Source: an uncultured delta proteobacterium (GTDB taxonomy: Bacteria; Desulfobacterota; Binatia; UBA9968). Taken from it: a stretch of DNA of 64,000 nt. The stretch spans positions 64,001 to 128,000 of the forward strand of contig CAVTUQ010000009.1 in the NCBI GenBank assembly GCA_963737905.1, in the 5' to 3' direction. The position numbers and the translations under genes were made by a program. Below, piece by piece: positions 1 through 9,595 of the stretch. The first letter of the stretch is position 1, and the number at the start of each line of letters is the position of its first letter. The notes below the pieces were generated by a model that was not told the origin of the DNA, searched no databases, and saw only the letters and a list, made by a program, of their open reading frames with translations.

Positions 1-501
1 CAGTCCCTTGACCAGAAGGGCAAGCTTATCGGTCTCATTACGCAGAATATTGACGGGCTGCACAGCGATGCGGGGCTTGCCGATGAAAAGATTGTCGAGC
101 TGCACGGCACAAATCGTAGGATTATTTGTCTGAAGTGCGACAAATCCTTCGATCCGGACGAAGTCATTAAACAGCTGGTGGGGGATTTTTCGTCTCCCAG
201 GTGCGACGCGTGCGGCGGCATTCTTAAAGCGGCGACTATTTCCTTCGGCCAGGCGATGCCTGAGGCTGCGATGCGTCGAGCGCAAGAGTGGACCGAACAG
301 GCGGCTCTCTTTATGGTCATGGGATCGTCGTTGCAGGTGCAGCCGGCTGCCTCTTTCCCGGTCCTCGCCAAGCGTAACGGTGCGTTGTTGGCGATCATTA
401 ACCGCGAGCTGACGCCGCTGGATGAGTATGCGGACTTTGTCCATCACGGCGCCATTGGAGAGTTTTGCGGTCGATTTGGCGAGATGATCGCCGATGGTTG
501 A
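1..501 (+). CDS. cobB: Sir2-family NAD-dependent protein deacylase (5'-partial)
   Basis: Frame 1 is open from the window edge: ITQNIDGLH, ELHGT, CLKC...CDACGG zinc ribbon, GSSLQVQPA, IINRE. Confidence 0.9.
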   Translation, partial: QSLDQKGKLIGLITQNIDGLHSDAGLADEKIVELHGTNRRIICLKCDKSFDPDEVIKQLVGDFSSPRCDACGGILKAATISFGQAMPEAAMRRAQEWTEQAALFMVMGSSLQVQPAASFPVLAKRNGALLAIINRELTPLDEYADFVHHGAIGEFCGRFGEMIADG

Positions 502-517
502 TCCAGTGTGAGAACGA

Positions 518-583
518 ATTAATCGCAAAGAACACATAAACACATAGAAATTCTTTTTGACCTTTGTGCTCTTTATGGTTAAT
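518..583. repeat. Imperfect inverted repeat built from ~9-nt units
   Basis: ttaatcgcaaagaacacata ... tttgtgctctttatggttaa arms pair with wobble; similar units at 37251 and 38371. Confidence 0.5.
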
Positions 584-627
584 CAGAAACTCTTTTGGCG
601 TTAAAGCGTATGACTCAGGAGGGCAGT

Positions 628-1632
628 ATGGCTGAGAGGAAAATGGTCGATGCTGACGGTCATATCCGAGAGATTGAAAGCGATATTTTTGAATATCTAC
701 CGGAGCATTACAAGCGACGTCGCGACGCCGTCCTTTACTTTCCGCTGCTGCCGCACCACGGTTGGCACCGCCAGGCGGGCAGTGGGGGAATGGGCGCAGC
801 GTTCTTAATTCCTACCCTCGAAGACTGGCAAAAGGCGTTGAACCAGGGCAACATCGAGGCGGCGGTGGTGTATCCCACGCGCTTCATGCACATCGGTCAG
901 GTCGGTATGGTCGATTTCGCCGTCGATCTGAGCCGAGCCTACAACGACTATCTGTACGATCGTTTCCTGTGTCACGAATCGCGGCTCAAGGGAATCGCCG
1001 TGCTGCCATTGCAGGACGTCGCTGCTGCGGTAACGGAGCTGCGCCGGGCAGTGAAAGACTACGGCATGGTGGGCGGTCTTTTGCCCGCTGACGGATTGCC
1101 TCGGCCCTTGGGTCATCAGGACTTCTACCCTCTCTACGAAGAGGCGAGTCGCTTGGGCTGCATGATGGCGGTTCACTCGCAAAACTCGCTGCGCAACAAC
1201 GATCTCTTTCTGTGGCGCCACGAAGCAGCGACCTTGGCCCATGTCTGGCCACAGATGCGCCAGTTCACCAACCTCATGTTTTCCGGCGTGCTAGGAAAAT
1301 TGGCTGATCTGAGAATCGCGTTTTTGGAGGCCGGCTGCGGCTGGGTACCATACTTACTAAGCAAGATGGAGCCGCGCATGGGAGAGCTGTTGCGGCCATC
1401 GAAGCTTATAGAGCGGGGCCAGATTTACTTCCAGTGCGGCGAAGAGATGACCACCAGCCGTGATCTTGAGCTACTCGGGGACGATTGTCTGTTTTGGGCC
1501 TCGGATTTTCCCCACGAGGGAATCGTGGATATGGCCAAAGCAGTGACAGAGTTTCTGGAGCGCGAAGATATCCCTGAAGCGTCGAAACGCAAGATCAGTT
1601 ACGACAATTCCAAAAAGCTTTATGGGCTCTAA
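628..1632 (+). CDS. Amidohydrolase_2 family protein
   Basis: DADGH metal motif, AYNDY, FLEAGCGWVP, WASDFPH; GGAG RBS before ATG 628. Confidence 0.88.
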   Translation: MAERKMVDADGHIREIESDIFEYLPEHYKRRRDAVLYFPLLPHHGWHRQAGSGGMGAAFLIPTLEDWQKALNQGNIEAAVVYPTRFMHIGQVGMVDFAVDLSRAYNDYLYDRFLCHESRLKGIAVLPLQDVAAAVTELRRAVKDYGMVGGLLPADGLPRPLGHQDFYPLYEEASRLGCMMAVHSQNSLRNNDLFLWRHEAATLAHVWPQMRQFTNLMFSGVLGKLADLRIAFLEAGCGWVPYLLSKMEPRMGELLRPSKLIERGQIYFQCGEEMTTSRDLELLGDDCLFWASDFPHEGIVDMAKAVTEFLEREDIPEASKRKISYDNSKKLYGL

Positions 1633-1665
1633 AAACCCCCTTTGTCAGCCGATTGTTTAGAAAAA

Positions 1666-2046
1666 TTAGAAAACTGCGATCACCTCTATTTGAAACAAAA
1701 ACTGGCCCCGCAGGTCTGCTTTGAGTGCGTGGCGCGCGGGCCGATCGTGTTCGTCGGGAAACATCTTCAGCCATGCCTTGTTGACCGAATCACGCAGGTT
1801 TTCTTCCCTGAGATAGACCGTCATGTGGGCGATGTTGTCGGGTGTGCCACCGGCCTGTTCCATGAAAAGCCTCAAATTGCGAAACATTGCTTCTGCCTGC
1901 TCGTCTGGATCCGGGGAAAGCACGCCCGTCTTGGCGTCTTTGCCGGAGATCGCTGAAGAAAAGACCATATTGCCGATCACGGTGCCGTTGGGAATCGGTG
2001 CGCCATGTTCCATTCCTTCGATATGAATGCTTTTTCTTTTCGCCAT
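1666..2046 (-). CDS. RidA/YjgF-family protein
   Basis: VFSSAISG, QAEAMFRN, FPDEHDRPARH, QIEVIA; start moved to MAKRKS. Confidence 0.85.
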   Translation of the reverse strand: MAKRKSIHIEGMEHGAPIPNGTVIGNMVFSSAISGKDAKTGVLSPDPDEQAEAMFRNLRLFMEQAGGTPDNIAHMTVYLREENLRDSVNKAWLKMFPDEHDRPARHALKADLRGQFLFQIEVIAVF

Positions 2047-2169
2047 GCCGAGCCTCCAGGGTCGTTTCAAATCCATATCATGTTGATAAGCGCGGTGTCT
2101 ACGCTTACCAATATACAGGTGATGATGGCAACTCGGCGCCGCATTGAAAGAATGGGCCCAAGGATCTAA

Positions 2170-2451
2170 ATGATGTCTATGAAAGATAAAAAATTTCCAA
2201 GGCGGAGGTTTCAACTCCATTGGGGCGGCGGCTGGATCACGGAAGAGGCCCGCTCAAAGACACAGTACCACGAGCCGTCGATTCAGCTCCTGTCGTTCGA
2301 TTCGGGAGAGCGGTCCATACGGTTTTGTTATTATCATGACGGCTTTTACCAAGGGGGCCCGCTGATCCTTAGCGAATCGCACCTCGCCGGCTTGCGGCGA
2401 GAAATCCGCAAGAACAAGAACATTCATGCCCTGCTAAAAAAACTAGTCTGA
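2170..2451 (+). CDS. Small hypothetical protein
   Basis: 93-aa ORF filling the gap between genes with protein-like composition; no family recognised. Confidence 0.55.
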   Translation: MMSMKDKKFPRRRFQLHWGGGWITEEARSKTQYHEPSIQLLSFDSGERSIRFCYYHDGFYQGGPLILSESHLAGLRREIRKNKNIHALLKKLV

Positions 2452-2513
2452 CCGGGATGGATAGAATGAATGGTTTCGAGTTGATACGCGCCGACGTTGA
2501 GTCGGGAGGAGAG

Positions 2514-4256
2514 TCAGTTTTGCCCAATCCGTGTTGCCGCGGCTTTGGGGATGAAGCCGGGGGGCCGACCGTGTTTAGACCGAATTTCCAACCAGCCGTC
2601 CCGGCTGTCGACCACATTAACTTGTGTTCCGGGTTCAATATTTGCGATGAGCTGGGCGTCGGCTCTCGGGGCGCTAAAGACCCGCGTTGTCTGTGTGATT
2701 TCGTAGCTTTCCCAAGTCGCTGAGGAAGGCTTGACACTGGCCGTCGTGGCCCTCTCTGAGGCTTTCGCGATTCTTGAATCAACGGGCGACGCTGGGGGAA
2801 TCACGGGTGCGACTCTAATCGGTTTGTCTAAAGAGTGGTCGTCCTTACTCTGTGATTCTGCTGGTTTGGGTTGTGACTCCAGGTTGGCGGCGGTGGAGAC
2901 ACCTGACGAGTTCCGCATAGCCTTGAAGTTCGACGTCCGTTCTTTTGACGTGGGGGAGGCAGGCTGCGTAGCTGAAGATTCTGGTTCCGAATCCTTTCCT
3001 AGATAACCGGCCGCAAGAACTCCACCCACTACCAACACGGCCATTGCTCCCGTAAAAATCCCGAAGCGGCGTTTCTTCGCCTTTAACTCTGGTCGAGAAA
3101 GTTCGCTTGCCACCGGCGTTCCATTGGCCGCGGCGGTGGTCAAGTTTGCTGCATGCTGATGCTGCGGTTCAGCAGAAATCCCATTTGTCTTGTCAAAACT
3201 ATCATTGTGGATGGAGTGTAGCTCCGAGGCGGGTGGTCCGAAGGGAGTTCGTTCGACGATGTCCAAGTGAGCTGTTTCTGTAGACTCTTTCTCCCTCAAC
3301 TCAAGGATGCTGTGAGGATCGTGGGGAATCGTATTGGGTGGCTCCGGCTGGTGGGTATGTTCCGGAGCGACGTCCAGAAGCTCGCTTATCGATACGATCT
3401 CGTCCTGAATCAGACGGTCTTGCTCGCTGACCTTTGCCTGTTTCGATCGCAACTCCTCAAGTCGCTGGCGGAGTATTATCAATCGCTCTACTTGAAGCTG
3501 ATTCCGGTTTGTTAGTTTTTGCTGGTGCTGGGAGTTCTCTTCCCGGAGTCGGAGATTGGTTTCGCTCAATTCATGATGGCGCTGTTGCATGTCCGAAAGC
3601 TGCGTTTGAGTCGCTTCCAATGCTTTTTGTTTTTCCTGCTCGGCGGCGAGCGCATTCTGTAGTTGCACGGCACTGACTTCGAGGCTTCTTTGGAGTTCCT
3701 CGAACGCGTTCTGGCCGGGTTCGGGGTCGGCGATCTGAACTGGAACGCTCTCCAAGTCTCGAACCTTGGCTTGACTGGCCTCAAGTTGTTCCTTCAGAAT
3801 CGCGATTTCTTGATCCTTTCGCGAGTCCCGGCTCGCATCGTCGGAATGCGGATCGCTCGATTCTGACGGTGTTTTTAACGTCGCAAGTTCTGCCTGCAAC
3901 CGCTCACGCTCCCAGCGCAGCTCGGTGACTTCTGATTCCTTGCTATTGAGATGCGCACGAAGAGTTTCCAGCTGTTCCAACCTACTCTCGTTAGCCTCGA
4001 GTTTCTTTGATAGAGACGAAACTTCCAGCAAGAGCTCTTCGTTTCGAGCGACGAGTTCTACCGATGCTCCGTTTTCTTGTGGCAGAGTATCGGTTAGGGC
4101 GTTGGAAATTCCCGGTACCGCAACGTCCGCGAGTTTGTTCTTGACTTCCTCCAATTCCTGGCGCTTTTTCTTGAGTTCTCGTTCCGAGGCAACCAGAAAG
4201 ATTCCCAATAAACCAATTGCCGCGCCGGCGACTATCCAGATAAACATGGTATCCAT
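2514..4256 (-). CDS. Membrane-anchored coiled-coil protein with C-terminal bacterial SH3 domain
   Basis: N-terminal TM, E/Q/L-rich heptads, second TM after KAKKRRF, S/P/A linker, C-terminal IEPGTQVNVVDSRDGWLEI...PGFIP. Confidence 0.8.
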   Translation of the reverse strand: MDTMFIWIVAGAAIGLLGIFLVASERELKKKRQELEEVKNKLADVAVPGISNALTDTLPQENGASVELVARNEELLLEVSSLSKKLEANESRLEQLETLRAHLNSKESEVTELRWERERLQAELATLKTPSESSDPHSDDASRDSRKDQEIAILKEQLEASQAKVRDLESVPVQIADPEPGQNAFEELQRSLEVSAVQLQNALAAEQEKQKALEATQTQLSDMQQRHHELSETNLRLREENSQHQQKLTNRNQLQVERLIILRQRLEELRSKQAKVSEQDRLIQDEIVSISELLDVAPEHTHQPEPPNTIPHDPHSILELREKESTETAHLDIVERTPFGPPASELHSIHNDSFDKTNGISAEPQHQHAANLTTAAANGTPVASELSRPELKAKKRRFGIFTGAMAVLVVGGVLAAGYLGKDSEPESSATQPASPTSKERTSNFKAMRNSSGVSTAANLESQPKPAESQSKDDHSLDKPIRVAPVIPPASPVDSRIAKASERATTASVKPSSATWESYEITQTTRVFSAPRADAQLIANIEPGTQVNVVDSRDGWLEIRSKHGRPPGFIPKAAATRIGQN

Positions 4257-4715
4257 CTTTTTTCTCCTAACAGAAGTCCCCTACAATTGGACTTCTCGTC
4301 ATTTCCGAAATGTTTTTTTGGAAACAGGGCTTCTTGCTATATCGGAGTCATTGGAAAGGCTTGATAATACCTTTACTCCAAATTACGCCAAAAATGTGCC
4401 AAGCTGACGACGGCTGGCCTGAGCCGCCTAAGGAATTGATTCTGAAAGCTTTTTTATGTTCCCGCCGCCTGTATTTCGAGGCCGGAAATTAGGTTTTTTA
4501 TGAACAAAATCGTGAATACGGAGCAAAATTGTAGGCGTTCTGTAAGTGGCTGCGGGTAGGAGTCGCAAGTCCTTTCAAACTGAGAGATAGCCGAATCCGT
4601 TTAGGGTAACGAGGAGCAAACACGTCATTTCGACCGACTCAGGAATGGCGGACTCTATGAAAAAGTTTCAGACCTCGATGTACCCCTTGTTAAAGTTATA
4701 GCGCCGCGCCTAGGC

Positions 4716-5270
4716 CTACTGGTTTTCAACAGGCTTTGCGATGCTCGCTTCCACGTATCCGGGCTTGTTGCCGCGTCTGGACTCGACTTTTAACCATCCT
4801 TTCTCTTCGGCCGCGACGTTGATCTTTGTGCCCTTTTTTATCTCCGCCACCACCGGGTAGTGAAGCCCTGGTCCGCTGTGCACTTGGGTATCGGCCAGGC
4901 TTTCGTATTTGCCTTCTACGGGCATCGCGGATGATTCGTGTTTCTCATCGCTGCTGCTGGGTTCGACCGACGCGAATTCGATGTAGCCCGGGGCGTTGCC
5001 TTTCTTGGAGACAATGAGGACCCAATCGCCATCCCGTCCAACTACTTGGACCTTGGCATCGCGCCTGATCTCCGCGATAGCTCGAAACTGAGGTCCAGGC
5101 CCGGTACGCACCTTGATGTTCTCTCTGGTCACGTAGGGACGGATTTGGGCGTTGAGGTCGGGAAGATCCTTCGAATCGACTGCTTCCTTTTGCTTTTCCC
5201 TACAACTCAATAAACCCAATAAAATCACAAGGATAAAAGGGTACATCCATAATTTCCAATATTGAGCCAT
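4716..5270 (-). CDS. Tandem SH3-domain lipoprotein
   Basis: GGAGGAG RBS, lipobox LLSC, two repeats VRTGPGPQF/VHSGPGLHY...W...PGY. Confidence 0.85.
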   Translation of the reverse strand: MAQYWKLWMYPFILVILLGLLSCREKQKEAVDSKDLPDLNAQIRPYVTRENIKVRTGPGPQFRAIAEIRRDAKVQVVGRDGDWVLIVSKKGNAPGYIEFASVEPSSSDEKHESSAMPVEGKYESLADTQVHSGPGLHYPVVAEIKKGTKINVAAEEKGWLKVESRRGNKPGYVEASIAKPVENQ

Positions 5271-5368
5271 GTTCTCCTCCCTATTCCAATGAAAAAGGAG
5301 CTGTATTATAACATGCTCCGCGATTTGGGTGTTCTTGGCGGGGACGGCCGATCGCGTATTAGCCCTGC

Positions 5369-5607
5369 CCGGATTGTTCACTGGCAAGCAACGATCAAGA
5401 GACGAGCCCTCCGGATCGAAGGCAATAAGTCTATGTCTCGAGGCGGCCTGCAAACCTAGTTCTGGAGCAGATAGCTGGGAAGCAATTCGGCGAAGTGCCA
5501 AGCACCCCAATCGTCATTGAAGCTGTTCGTCCCTATGCCTTCGGTCCTCCATGCTCATCTCTTGATCGACACGTGTCGTGGTTTTCATCGGAGCATGAAT
5601 AATCCGG
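5369..5607. mobile_element. MITE-like element, copy 1
   Basis: Terminal inverted repeats ccggattgttca/tgaataatccgg; both ends similar to the element at 47790-48020. Confidence 0.65.
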
Positions 5608-5635
5608 AGCTAGTAAATGGTTGGAGACCAGGAAA

Positions 5636-6055
5636 TCAGTGTATCTGTTTCCAAACCTTGGCCAGGCTGTCGCCGTAGACGCTCAGATCCCACTCGCAGA
5701 AGTATCCGAAGGGTGTCGTCCGGACTGTATAAGCGTTTTCGCGGAGCCGCTGCGCGACCGACTCGATAAGCGCCTGGGCGAAATCAGGGGAGGCGGTCTC
5801 ACCGCCGAGATGGGCGAAGGAGTGGATGACGATGTTTTTAAATTTTCTTTTGTTGGCAAGCCACTTGATGTGCTTTAGTGATTGCCGCAGAAGGGAAGGC
5901 TTTTCCCCTGTTTCTTCGTCGGACTTTTCGGCGTGGATGAAGATAACCACCGCATCCGCGACTTGCTCTTCCACATCCTGATCCGCCATCTCGGGCAGGG
6001 TCTTGGAGTGGGTCTTCCAACGAAAGCGTTTCGCATGGAAACAAAGAAGCTTCAT
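5636..6055 (-). CDS. Stand-alone archaeal-type threonyl-tRNA synthetase editing-domain protein
   Basis: MKLLCFH, VIFIHAEKSDE, HSFAHLG, TPFGYF, GDSLA match the archaeal ThrRS N-terminal editing (DTD-like) fold motifs YPFAHL and PFGYY. Confidence 0.8.
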   Translation of the reverse strand: MKLLCFHAKRFRWKTHSKTLPEMADQDVEEQVADAVVIFIHAEKSDEETGEKPSLLRQSLKHIKWLANKRKFKNIVIHSFAHLGGETASPDFAQALIESVAQRLRENAYTVRTTPFGYFCEWDLSVYGDSLAKVWKQIH

Positions 6056-6062
6056 GCCGAGA

Positions 6063-6641
6063 TCAGTAATAGTCCAGGAAGTTCTTCAGTAGCTTTTTCC
6101 CCTCGTAGGTGAGAATCGATTCGGGATGGAATTGCACACCTTCAACCGGGTAGCGTTTGTGTCGCACTCCCATAATGACGTTGTCGGCAGCATGGGCGCT
6201 GATGCTCAGTTCGGCCGGAAGACGCTCGGGATTGATGACCAGGGAGTGATAGCGCATGGCAGCGAAGGGATTTTTGATTGAGCGAAAGATTGTCTGCGAA
6301 TCGTGACTCACGTCCGAAACTTTGCCGTGCATGATCGACGGGGCGCGAATGATCTCTCCGCCAAAAGCAGCGCCAATACATTGGTGGCCGAGACAGACGC
6401 CTAGAATCGGTGTTTTTTCAGCAAAGCGTGAAATCACGTCACAAGAGATTCCTGCCTCTTTAGGCGTGCAGGGACCTGGCGAGATGACAATTTTCTCCGG
6501 TCTCATGCGTTCGATATCACCAAGAGTGACCTTGTTGTTGCGAAAGACTTCGACTTTTGTCCCCAGCTCGCCGAGGTAGTGATAGAGGTTGTAAGTGAAA
6601 GAGTCGTAGTTGTCGATCAGCAGGATCACTTCTTTCTCCAC
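6063..6641 (-). CDS. trpG: Anthranilate synthase component II (glutamine amidotransferase)
   Basis: IDNYDSFTYNL, SPGPCTP, GVCLGHQ, QFHPES; overlaps the end of trpE. Confidence 0.93.
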   Translation of the reverse strand: MEKEVILLIDNYDSFTYNLYHYLGELGTKVEVFRNNKVTLGDIERMRPEKIVISPGPCTPKEAGISCDVISRFAEKTPILGVCLGHQCIGAAFGGEIIRAPSIMHGKVSDVSHDSQTIFRSIKNPFAAMRYHSLVINPERLPAELSISAHAADNVIMGVRHKRYPVEGVQFHPESILTYEGKKLLKNFLDYY

Positions 6642-8113
6642 TGCTCAGCCAGGTCCACGGCCTTCAGCATCGCGCGGGCCTTGTTCAATGTCTCTTGATA
6701 CTCCAGGTCGGGATCGGAATCCGCGACAATTCCCGCGCCGGCGTTAATGAAGACTTTCCTTCCTTTCATGACGATCGTTCGGATGACGATGCAAGTGTCG
6801 AGATTGCCGTTGTAACCGAAGTAGCCGATGGCGCCAGCGTACAGCCCGCGCTTCTCCGGTTCCAATTCGCTGATAATTTGCATGGCACGGATCTTCGGCG
6901 CACCGGATACGGTGCCGGCCGGAAACGCGGACACAAACAGATCAAACGGAGTCTTACCAGCGGCCAGCTTTCCGCGGACGTTGGAAACGATGTGGATGAC
7001 ATGCGAATAGCGCTCGATGGCCATTAGCTCGTTGACTTCCACCGAGCCTATTTCGGCGACACGGCCGACGTCGTTTCGGCCCAAGTCTACGAGCATGATG
7101 TGCTCCGCACACTCTTTAGGATCCGCCAAGAGATCGGCCTCAAGCTCCCGCTCTTCCGCCGGGGTGGCGCCTCTCCGACGGGTGCCGGCGATGGGACGAA
7201 GCTCAATGGTGTCGCCGGTCAGGCGGACCATGGTTTCTGGTGAAGAGCCGATAACGCGAAGGTCTTCGAGTTCCAGGTAGAACATATACGGCGACGGATT
7301 GATAAACCGCAGAGCCCGATAGATCTCGAACGGGTCACTCGCCGTCTCGGTCTCGAGTCTTTGACAGAGGACGACCTGAATAATGTCTCCCGCCTTAATA
7401 TAGTCCTTGGCCCGAATGACGGCATGCCGAAACTTTTCTCGCGTCAGATTGGAGCGAAATCTTCTATCTCCTTGCTCTTGACTCAAGTCTCGTGGCTCGA
7501 TCCCTCTGGGCGTTTTTTGTAACGAGGAGATCACCTTGCGGATGCGTTGGCTTGCCTGATCATAAGCCCGTCGAAGGTTTTTTCGTTGGTTCACTCGGAC
7601 GTTGTCGATCACTTTGATCGTATGTTTTAGATTATCGAAAGCCACGACGCTTTGAACGAAAATAAAAAAGATCTCTGGCATGGCCAAAGAATCTTTTTGA
7701 CCGTCGAAAATTTCATGGAATTGTTCCACAGCATTATAGGCCACATAGCCGAGAGCGCCGCCGAAGAATGGAGGGACACCGGGTACAGTGACTGGCCGGC
7801 AGCCTCTCAGGAGATTCTCCAGAGATTTGAGCGGCGATTCTGAAGTGAAGCTTGTCTTTTTGCCATTTTCGATGATTTCGACGTGAGTCCCCCGGGCTTT
7901 AAAGACTCGCTGGGGGCGTGTTCCTAGAAAGGAGTAACGAGCCCAGCGTTCGCTTCCTTCCACGCTTTCAAGCAAAAAAGAGTAATCGTCACGTTCAAGC
8001 CGTTTGAAGAAGGAAAGCGGAGTCTCCAGGTCCATAAGCAATTCCTGATACACGGGGATCAGGTTACCCTTGTGGGCAAATCGGCAAAATTCTTTAAAGC
8101 TCGGTCGAATCAT
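6626..8113 (-). CDS. trpE: Anthranilate synthase component I
   Basis: FLLESVEG, NPSPYM, PIAGTRRRG, EHIMLVDLGRND, FPAGTVSGAPKIRAM. Confidence 0.95.
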   Translation of the reverse strand: MIRPSFKEFCRFAHKGNLIPVYQELLMDLETPLSFFKRLERDDYSFLLESVEGSERWARYSFLGTRPQRVFKARGTHVEIIENGKKTSFTSESPLKSLENLLRGCRPVTVPGVPPFFGGALGYVAYNAVEQFHEIFDGQKDSLAMPEIFFIFVQSVVAFDNLKHTIKVIDNVRVNQRKNLRRAYDQASQRIRKVISSLQKTPRGIEPRDLSQEQGDRRFRSNLTREKFRHAVIRAKDYIKAGDIIQVVLCQRLETETASDPFEIYRALRFINPSPYMFYLELEDLRVIGSSPETMVRLTGDTIELRPIAGTRRRGATPAEERELEADLLADPKECAEHIMLVDLGRNDVGRVAEIGSVEVNELMAIERYSHVIHIVSNVRGKLAAGKTPFDLFVSAFPAGTVSGAPKIRAMQIISELEPEKRGLYAGAIGYFGYNGNLDTCIVIRTIVMKGRKVFINAGAGIVADSDPDLEYQETLNKARAMLKAVDLAEQWRKK

Positions 8114-8130
8114 CCTTCTATAAGCAAACT

Positions 8131-8169
8131 ACAAAGAAAAAGGGCCATAAGTTTTCACCTATGGCCCTT
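8131..8169 (-). terminator. trp attenuator terminator hairpin
   Basis: Minus strand AAGGGCCAUAGG-UGAAAA-CUUAUGGCCCUU followed by UUUCUUUG, just upstream of trpE. Confidence 0.8.
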
Positions 8170-8202
8170 CCTCATTCACGCCAACGAATAAATTGACTGG
8201 AA

Positions 8203-8283
8203 TTAGCCACGGCGCCGACGCTGCAGCAGGTTCCAGCGCCACCAACCTAAAGCTAACCTTCCGTTCTCCAGCCGATTATCCAC
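8203..8283 (-). CDS. trpL: Trp operon leader peptide (26 aa, WWRW)
   Basis: GTG-initiated VDNRLENGRLALGWWRWNLLQRRRRG* directly upstream of the terminator and trpE; exact start uncertain. Confidence 0.7.
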   Translation of the reverse strand: MDNRLENGRLALGWWRWNLLQRRRRG

Positions 8284-8608
8284 GGTGGTATTTTGCCTTA
8301 TCTGTTCAGGTGGGTCAAGGCTCCTTTCAAAACAGAAGTCTGAAAGTCGCAAGGGTGGTTGTGTTTGGTCTAAGTAATTGATGAATATTGAGAGCCATTC
8401 GGACATTGAGGAAAGTCCATTACCATCACAGGCGCCGGATTTGTTTACCTCGGAACAGCAAAGTAAGAATCGATTTTGAGGGGGCCACAGGCATGGCAAC
8501 CACTATTTGACAACTGTCGCGAGCTAAGTTAAAACGCCTTTTTGCAATGACCCTGATTCTTTAATGGACAGGCAGATTCCAACGTAAGTCGTTCATCCAG
8601 GAGGAGAG

Positions 8609-9388
8609 ATGGTTAGGCGCGAGAAATCCAATTATACGATTCAATCCGTTTCTCATGCTCTCGATGTCATGGAGCAGTTCAACGGGAACGTCGATGAGAT
8701 CGGCGTTACCGAACTCAGCAAACGGTTGAAACTACACAAGAACAATGTTTTCCGCTTGCTCGCTACGCTTGAAGCGCGCGGCTATATCGAACAGAACAAG
8801 ATTACCGAGAATTATCGACTGGGTCTAAAGTGTCTGCAACTCGGACAGACCTTCATCCATCAGTTAGGTTTATTACTGCAAGCGCGGTCAACATTGGAGG
8901 ATTTGGTTAAGCTAACGAAGGAGAGCGCTTTTGTCGCGATCCGGAAAGGCGCCGCGATTGTTCCTTTGGAGTTTGTCGAACCCGCTCGTCCCGCACGCGT
9001 CGTTTCGTTTCTAGGAACGGCTTTACCGTCTCATTGTACGGCCGCCGGAAAAGTTTATCTCGTCTTCGAGTCTGAAGGTGGTTTGAGCCAAGCGCTTCCA
9101 GAGCGCTTGGACCGCTACACGGAAAACACGATCACGGACCACCAACTCCTCACCGAACAATTGCGAAATGTTAGTGAAACCGGCTATGCCATCGACCAAG
9201 GAGAGTTTTCGGAGGATATCAGCTCTGTAGCTGTGCCCGTTCGTGATTATACCCGAACCCTCGTCGGAGCGCTGGGTATTGCCGGCCCCGGCCATCGTCT
9301 ATCGGGTGAGACCACCAAGCAGGATATTGCCTCTAAACTGCTCCTCGCAGGAAGCGAGTTGTCAAAACGATTGGGTTATTCTGAATGA
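8609..9388 (+). CDS. IclR-family transcriptional regulator
   Basis: IQSVSHALDV, HTH, HCTAAGK, GYAIDQGE, SVAVPV; AGGAGG RBS. Confidence 0.92.
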   Translation: MVRREKSNYTIQSVSHALDVMEQFNGNVDEIGVTELSKRLKLHKNNVFRLLATLEARGYIEQNKITENYRLGLKCLQLGQTFIHQLGLLLQARSTLEDLVKLTKESAFVAIRKGAAIVPLEFVEPARPARVVSFLGTALPSHCTAAGKVYLVFESEGGLSQALPERLDRYTENTITDHQLLTEQLRNVSETGYAIDQGEFSEDISSVAVPVRDYTRTLVGALGIAGPGHRLSGETTKQDIASKLLLAGSELSKRLGYSE

Positions 9389-9595
9389 TTGCGTTTGGTG
9401 GCCAGACCAAACGTGACCTTCGTCCCGGCAAAGTTGCTCCCCGCTGTAAGATTACTCAAGATAAAATCCCGTCTCTGACCGCAAAATTTTGTTGCCGGAG
9501 TGATGCATCGCGGTGCACCGCTGGTTCGGAGACCGGATGTGACCCCGCCTTTATTTTTGACAAACTGATACAAGTGCGAATAAGTAAGTCGAGGA

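Noticed and set aside
1-501. Sir2 as an anti-phage defence effector
   Set aside because: Canonical zinc-ribbon sirtuin without HerA, Argonaute or TIR partners in view
8203-8499. 98-aa ORF as a full protein
   Set aside because: Only the Trp-containing 3' end is meaningful; the rest crosses the divergent promoter region
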